The translations under genes and the position numbers were made by a program. Below are positions 7,277 through 10,674 of a stretch of 10,674 nucleotides of DNA, piece by piece. The stretch lies in assembly GCA_049699855.1 (NCBI GenBank), contig JBNAWM010000050.1, positions 1-10,674 on the forward strand, read 5' to 3'. Numbering within the stretch: position 1 is the first letter of the stretch; each line of letters opens with the position of its first letter. Under the pieces are notes generated by a model, which was given only the letters and a program-made list of their open reading frames with translations, was not told the origin of the DNA and did not search any database. This DNA comes from Candidatus Cryosericum sp. Lineage in GTDB: Bacteria > Caldisericota > Caldisericia > Cryosericales > Cryosericaceae.

Positions 7277-7287
7277 ACGGCGACTAG
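7231..7287 (+). pseudogene. Displaced 3' fragment of the phosphotransferase gene
   Basis: Reads ERPRLLALIEELQQKHGD* (TAG 7285-7287), versus ERPRLLTLIEELQQKRQ* in the intact gene. Confidence 0.75.
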
Positions 7288-7304
7288 CAGACACGTCTGG
7301 GCTG

Positions 7305-7332
7305 TTGCTTCCGCGCAACTCTCCAGTACAAT
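7305..7332 (+). promoter_or_regulatory. Putative sigma70 promoter for the P-loop gene
   Basis: TTGCTT-16 nt-TACAAT, 80 nt upstream of ATG 7413. Confidence 0.55.
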
Positions 7333-7412
7333 ATGAGGCTTCTCTGCGTGAGCATGCTGAAGTGTGCCCGCAGAACGAGCAAAACGGACAAGGCGCTCCG
7401 CCTGGAGGTATG

Positions 7413-8132
7413 ATGGACAAACTGGATGTGATCCTGCTTATCGGCCGGCCCGCTGCCGGCAAGAGCGAAACCATTGACTTTCTGAAACACCTGACCGATG
7501 CCGAGCGATTGCGAGACTATCACATCGCACCGTTCGAGGAACTGGACGATTTTGTCTATGTCTGGGAGACATTCGAGAACGATGGGATCCGCGAACACAT
7601 GGGACTGCCGCGCCGGGACACGGATGCGAACCTGTACTTCCTCGACGACCGCATCTGGGACTTCTTCATCGAGCGCATTGACCTTGACCTCCGCAAGAAG
7701 CTGGCGCGGGACCCTGCGTTTCTCGATGGACACACGGTGCTGATGGAGTTCGCGCGCGGTGGCGAACATGCCTTCTCCAATGCTTTCCAGCATCTTTCCG
7801 ACGATGTCCTCGCGCATGCCGCCATCCTGTACATCGACGTCTCCTTCGAGGAGTCCCTGCGCAAGAACCGGCGGCGCTATCGTCCGGACCAGGCGGACTC
7901 GATCCTGTACCATTCGCTCGAGGATGCCAAGATGGAACGATACTACAAGGTCAACGACTGGGCTGACCTGTCCGGGGGACGCGACGACGGGTTCATCTCC
8001 GTGGGGGAGCACCAGGTCCCGTTTGCAGTGTTTCACAACGAGCCGGAGAAGACGCTGGATCCTCAGTTGCTGGGCGATGCACTGCGGGATGTGACCGAAC
8101 GACTTGCCAAGCTCTTCACCGCAAAAGGTTGA
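7413..8132 (+). CDS. Uncharacterised P-loop NTPase, NMP-kinase-like (239 aa)
   Basis: GGAGG at 7404-7408 supports ATG 7413 (or 7410) rather than 7305. Walker A VILLIGRPAAGKSE at the N-terminus, VLMEFARG (Walker B-like), and ILYIDVSFEESLRKNRRR (lid-like). Host-like codon usage. Confidence 0.85.
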   Translation: MDKLDVILLIGRPAAGKSETIDFLKHLTDAERLRDYHIAPFEELDDFVYVWETFENDGIREHMGLPRRDTDANLYFLDDRIWDFFIERIDLDLRKKLARDPAFLDGHTVLMEFARGGEHAFSNAFQHLSDDVLAHAAILYIDVSFEESLRKNRRRYRPDQADSILYHSLEDAKMERYYKVNDWADLSGGRDDGFISVGEHQVPFAVFHNEPEKTLDPQLLGDALRDVTERLAKLFTAKG

Positions 8133-8156
8133 ACTCCGGTGTCTCGGTGCTAGACT
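8129..8156 (+). promoter_or_regulatory. Possible internal promoter for the PLP enzyme gene
   Basis: TTGAAC-16 nt-TAGACT with TGn extension, overlapping the upstream stop codon; followed by a small hairpin cggctc-gcgt-gagccg (8164-8179). Confidence 0.4.
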
Positions 8157-8221
8157 GCTTTACCGGCTCGCGTGAGCCGTTTGTCGCCTGCATATGGATT
8201 CTTTGACACAAGGAGAATGAC

Positions 8222-9694
8222 ATGGCCGTATTTGACATGACTGTCCATGAGGACGTTCTGGAGAAAACCGTACAACGAGCTCGGCAACGCAACATCATCA
8301 TCCCCACCTTCGCACAGCAGAAGGATCCGTCGCTGGTCCCCGACAAGGTGAAGGCAAAGCTCAAGGGTGTTGGCCTGTGGGACATCAACCCCATCAACCT
8401 GTTCCGCATCACGTGGCACAATGACGTGAAGACGGGTCTCTTCGGCGATGTCAACTACATCGAGATTCCCAGCTCCATCACCGGCATCAAGGCGCGTGTC
8501 GTCGGCATCGTCGGCAAATACTTCCCTACCGGCGCGCACAAGGTCGGCGCTGCCTTTGGCTGTCTCGTCCCGCGGCTCGTCACCGGGCAGTTCGACCCGA
8601 CCCGCCAGGCGGCCGTGTGGCCATCGACGGGCAACTATTGCCGTGGCGGAGCCTTTGACTGCTCTCTGCTGGCCACGGACGCTGTTGCTATCCTGCCGGA
8701 AGGCATGAGCAAGGAACGCTTTGACTGGCTGCGCGAGATTGGAACCAAGGAAGTCATCGGCACGCCAGGGACTGAGTCCAATGTCAAGGAAATCTACGAC
8801 AAGGTGCACGAGCTGAAGGCAGAACGTGGCGACGACATCGTCGTGTTCAACCAGTTTGATGAGTTCGGCAACGCTCTGTGGCACTACCACATGACCGGTT
8901 CGGCGTTCGAACAGGTCTTCAACAGCATCAAAGGACCCAAATCGCGCATGGCTGGCTACGTTTCCGCCACGGGCTCTGCTGGGACCATCGCTGCGGGCGA
9001 GTACCTGAAGAAGGTCTACCCTTACAGCCACCTCACCGCCGTCGAGGCCCTGCAGTGCCCGACCCTGTATGCCAACGGGTTTGGAGCCCACCGCATCGAG
9101 GGCATCGGCGACAAGCACGTGCCGTGGATCCACAACGTCCGCAACACCGACGCCGTCGCGGCTATCGATGACGAGTATCCCATGCATCTCCTGCGCCTCT
9201 TCAACGAGGAGGCCGGCAAGACGTACCTGGAGAAGAAGGGCGTTCCGCGCGCGATCGTGGAGCAGCTGAACCTGCTGGGAATCTCCTCTCTGGCCAACCT
9301 CGTCGCGTCCATCAGAATGGCGAAGTATGAGGAGATGGATGAGAATGACATCGTGTTCACGGTGTTCACGGATTCGGCCGACCTCTACCTGTCCCGCATC
9401 GAGGAACTGCGCGCTGAGTACGGCCCCTACACCGAGATGGATGCCGCGCTGGATTACGCCAAGTACCTCGAGGGGATCCTGACCGACTGGTACCGCGAAC
9501 TCAACTACCGCGACCGCAAGCAGCTGCACAACCTCAAGTACTTCACCTGGGTCGAGCAGCAGGGCAGGACCAGCGAAGAGCTGCGCGAGCTCTGGGAGCC
9601 GGAGTTCTGGGATCAGATCTGGTCTGCCGTTCCCGCCTTCGACAAACTCATCGACCAGTTCAACGAACGGACGGGACTGCTGGCACAGCTGTAA
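8222..9694 (+). CDS. Fold-type II PLP-dependent enzyme, cysteine-synthase-like but extended (490 aa); reaction unknown
   Basis: AGGAG RBS. PTGAHKVG (Schiff-base Lys), PSTGNY, NQF, ATGSAGT (phosphate loop), HRIEGIG (CysK HKIQGIG equivalent), GISSLAN. Confidence 0.9.
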   Translation: MAVFDMTVHEDVLEKTVQRARQRNIIIPTFAQQKDPSLVPDKVKAKLKGVGLWDINPINLFRITWHNDVKTGLFGDVNYIEIPSSITGIKARVVGIVGKYFPTGAHKVGAAFGCLVPRLVTGQFDPTRQAAVWPSTGNYCRGGAFDCSLLATDAVAILPEGMSKERFDWLREIGTKEVIGTPGTESNVKEIYDKVHELKAERGDDIVVFNQFDEFGNALWHYHMTGSAFEQVFNSIKGPKSRMAGYVSATGSAGTIAAGEYLKKVYPYSHLTAVEALQCPTLYANGFGAHRIEGIGDKHVPWIHNVRNTDAVAAIDDEYPMHLLRLFNEEAGKTYLEKKGVPRAIVEQLNLLGISSLANLVASIRMAKYEEMDENDIVFTVFTDSADLYLSRIEELRAEYGPYTEMDAALDYAKYLEGILTDWYRELNYRDRKQLHNLKYFTWVEQQGRTSEELRELWEPEFWDQIWSAVPAFDKLIDQFNERTGLLAQL

Positions 9695-9719
9695 GCAGTT
9701 TTCAAGTATTGCTACCGAT

Positions 9720-9755
9720 ACGCCCCGGGGACATCACCTCGGGGCGTTTTTCTTT
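9720..9755 (+). terminator. Rho-independent terminator
   Basis: ACGCCCCGGGG-acatca-CCTCGGGGCGT followed by TTTTCTTT, 25 nt after the stop codon. Confidence 0.88.
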
Positions 9756-9826
9756 GGCGGCATGACGCCTTGGCGCAACAATGTGAAGACGTCGGTACCT
9801 GGTACCAAAGGGATTCACAATTGGCG

Positions 9827-10114
9827 TTTTCCACAGAGCCTGTCAATTATGTGGAGAAGTGGTGCAACAGCACAGTGCGAGATGGTGGATAACCTGTCAG
9901 GGGCTGTGGAAAACGCCAGGGGTATCCGTTTCTCAGGGTCAGGCCCTGAACTCCGCATGGGAGGCTGATTTCACAAAAAGATGCCCCTGGCTGATGCGAA
10001 GCGGTCAAAAACGTGCGATGGTACGTCAGGCAACGCGAAATCCTCTCTCAGGGCCACTTTTCGTTACAACGTTTTGGAACGTCACTATCCATGATGCTTT
10101 ACGGGTTTTCCACC
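9827..10114. promoter_or_regulatory. DnaA-box cluster
   Basis: Against TTWTNCACA: perfect at 9827-9835 (+) and 9905-9913 (-); one mismatch at 9850-9858 (-), 9884-9892 (-), 10106-10114 (+); several two-mismatch sites nearby. Confidence 0.7.
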
Positions 10115-10136
10115 AAGGCTTGGTCACAAAATAGAG

Positions 10137-10164
10137 AACCGCCCGCCAAACAAGGCGGGCGGTT
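10137..10164 (-). terminator. Rho-independent terminator of thrB
   Basis: Perfect 11-bp stem AACCGCCCGCC/GGCGGGCGGTT with a 6-nt loop; the minus strand continues CTCTATTTTGT; 18 nt past the thrB stop. Confidence 0.8.
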
Positions 10165-10182
10165 GGCATTTCCGGGAGGATA

Positions 10183-10674
10183 CTATGCCTTTTCGTCGCC
10201 CTCGGTCTTCAGGATGACACCCTGGGCCGAGACATCAACCACCAGGGTCTCTGCCCCGGCATCGAACTCGACCATCGCCTTCTGCATCGCCTTGGCAACC
10301 TTCTCGGCCTTCCCAGGAGCGGCGAGAGCTGCAATGCTGGGGCCTGCACCCGACAGGAAACTGCCGTATGCCCCTGCTCGCACGGCGGCGTGCGTGACTT
10401 CCCGGAAGCCTTTGACCAGCTTCTCGCGGTAGTGTTCGTGCAGACGGTCGTGCAGGGCAAATCCGAGCAGGTCGTAATTGCCGCTGAAGATGGATGCGGA
10501 GAGCATGGAGGCTCGGCCGATGTTGAAGACGACATCCTTGCGCGCATAGCTGTCTGGAAGGCAGGCACGGGCTTTCCTTGTCGAGAGGAACGTGGAGGGA
10601 ACAGTCACGACGACCTTGAGGTTCTGCGGCACGACCCTCATGTAGGCCACCTCGCTCTTGTCGCTTGCAGCGAT
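10183..10674 (-). CDS. thrB: Homoserine kinase, C-terminal part; 5' end lies outside the window
   Basis: Frame is open to the window edge (IAASDKSEVAYMRVV...). STRKARACLP, DVVFNIGRASML, LHDRLHEHYR and GAYGSFLSGAGPSI are GHMP homoserine kinase motifs. Confidence 0.93.
   Translation of the reverse strand: MAASDKSEVAYMRVVPQNLKVVVTVPSTFLSTRKARACLPDSYARKDVVFNIGRASMLSASIFSGNYDLLGFALHDRLHEHYREKLVKGFREVTHAAVRAGAYGSFLSGAGPSIAALAAPGKAEKVAKAMQKAMVEFDAGAETLVVDVSAQGVILKTEGDEKA

Noticed and set aside
7305..7412. N-terminal extension of the P-loop ORF from TTG 7305
   Set aside because: Overlaps the predicted promoter; the SD supports ATG 7413/7410 and puts Walker A at the usual N-terminal position.
8150..9529. 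459-aa minus-strand ORF (also 7284-8036)
   Set aside because: Antisense shadows of well-supported genes with strong codon bias.
9762..10134. Short ORFs of 68 and 91 aa in the intergenic region
   Set aside because: No SD, non-host codon usage, located just after a terminator; better explained as a DnaA-box region.
1..10674. CRISPR array, tRNA or rRNA genes
   Set aside because: No regularly spaced repeats or recognisable structural RNA signatures seen by eye.

Overview
GC-rich bacterial chromosomal window (flanks roughly 60-70% GC by spot counts; organism not determinable from sequence alone). Left to right: 3' end of pxpA (LamB/YcsF); on the minus strand ogt, a hexapeptide-repeat O-acetyltransferase and a two-domain lipoprotein; on the plus strand an MFS transporter and an APH/choline-kinase-family phosphotransferase. 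A 2.3-kb lower-GC insert (4906-7230) follows, bracketed by a 46-bp direct repeat (44/46 identical) that duplicates the phosphotransferase 3' end. The insert carries no integrase, only a 463-aa putatively secreted protein and a 98-aa membrane protein. Next come an uncharacterised NMP-kinase-like P-loop protein, a 490-aa CysK-like PLP enzyme, a ~400-bp terminator-bounded intergenic region with clustered DnaA boxes, and the 3' part of a convergent thrB. Best leads: (1) the integrase-less, tail-restoring mini-island with a possible toxin/immunity pair; (2) the orphan DnaA-box cluster; (3) the kinase plus PLP-enzyme pair as a possible undescribed phospho-amino-acid pathway.
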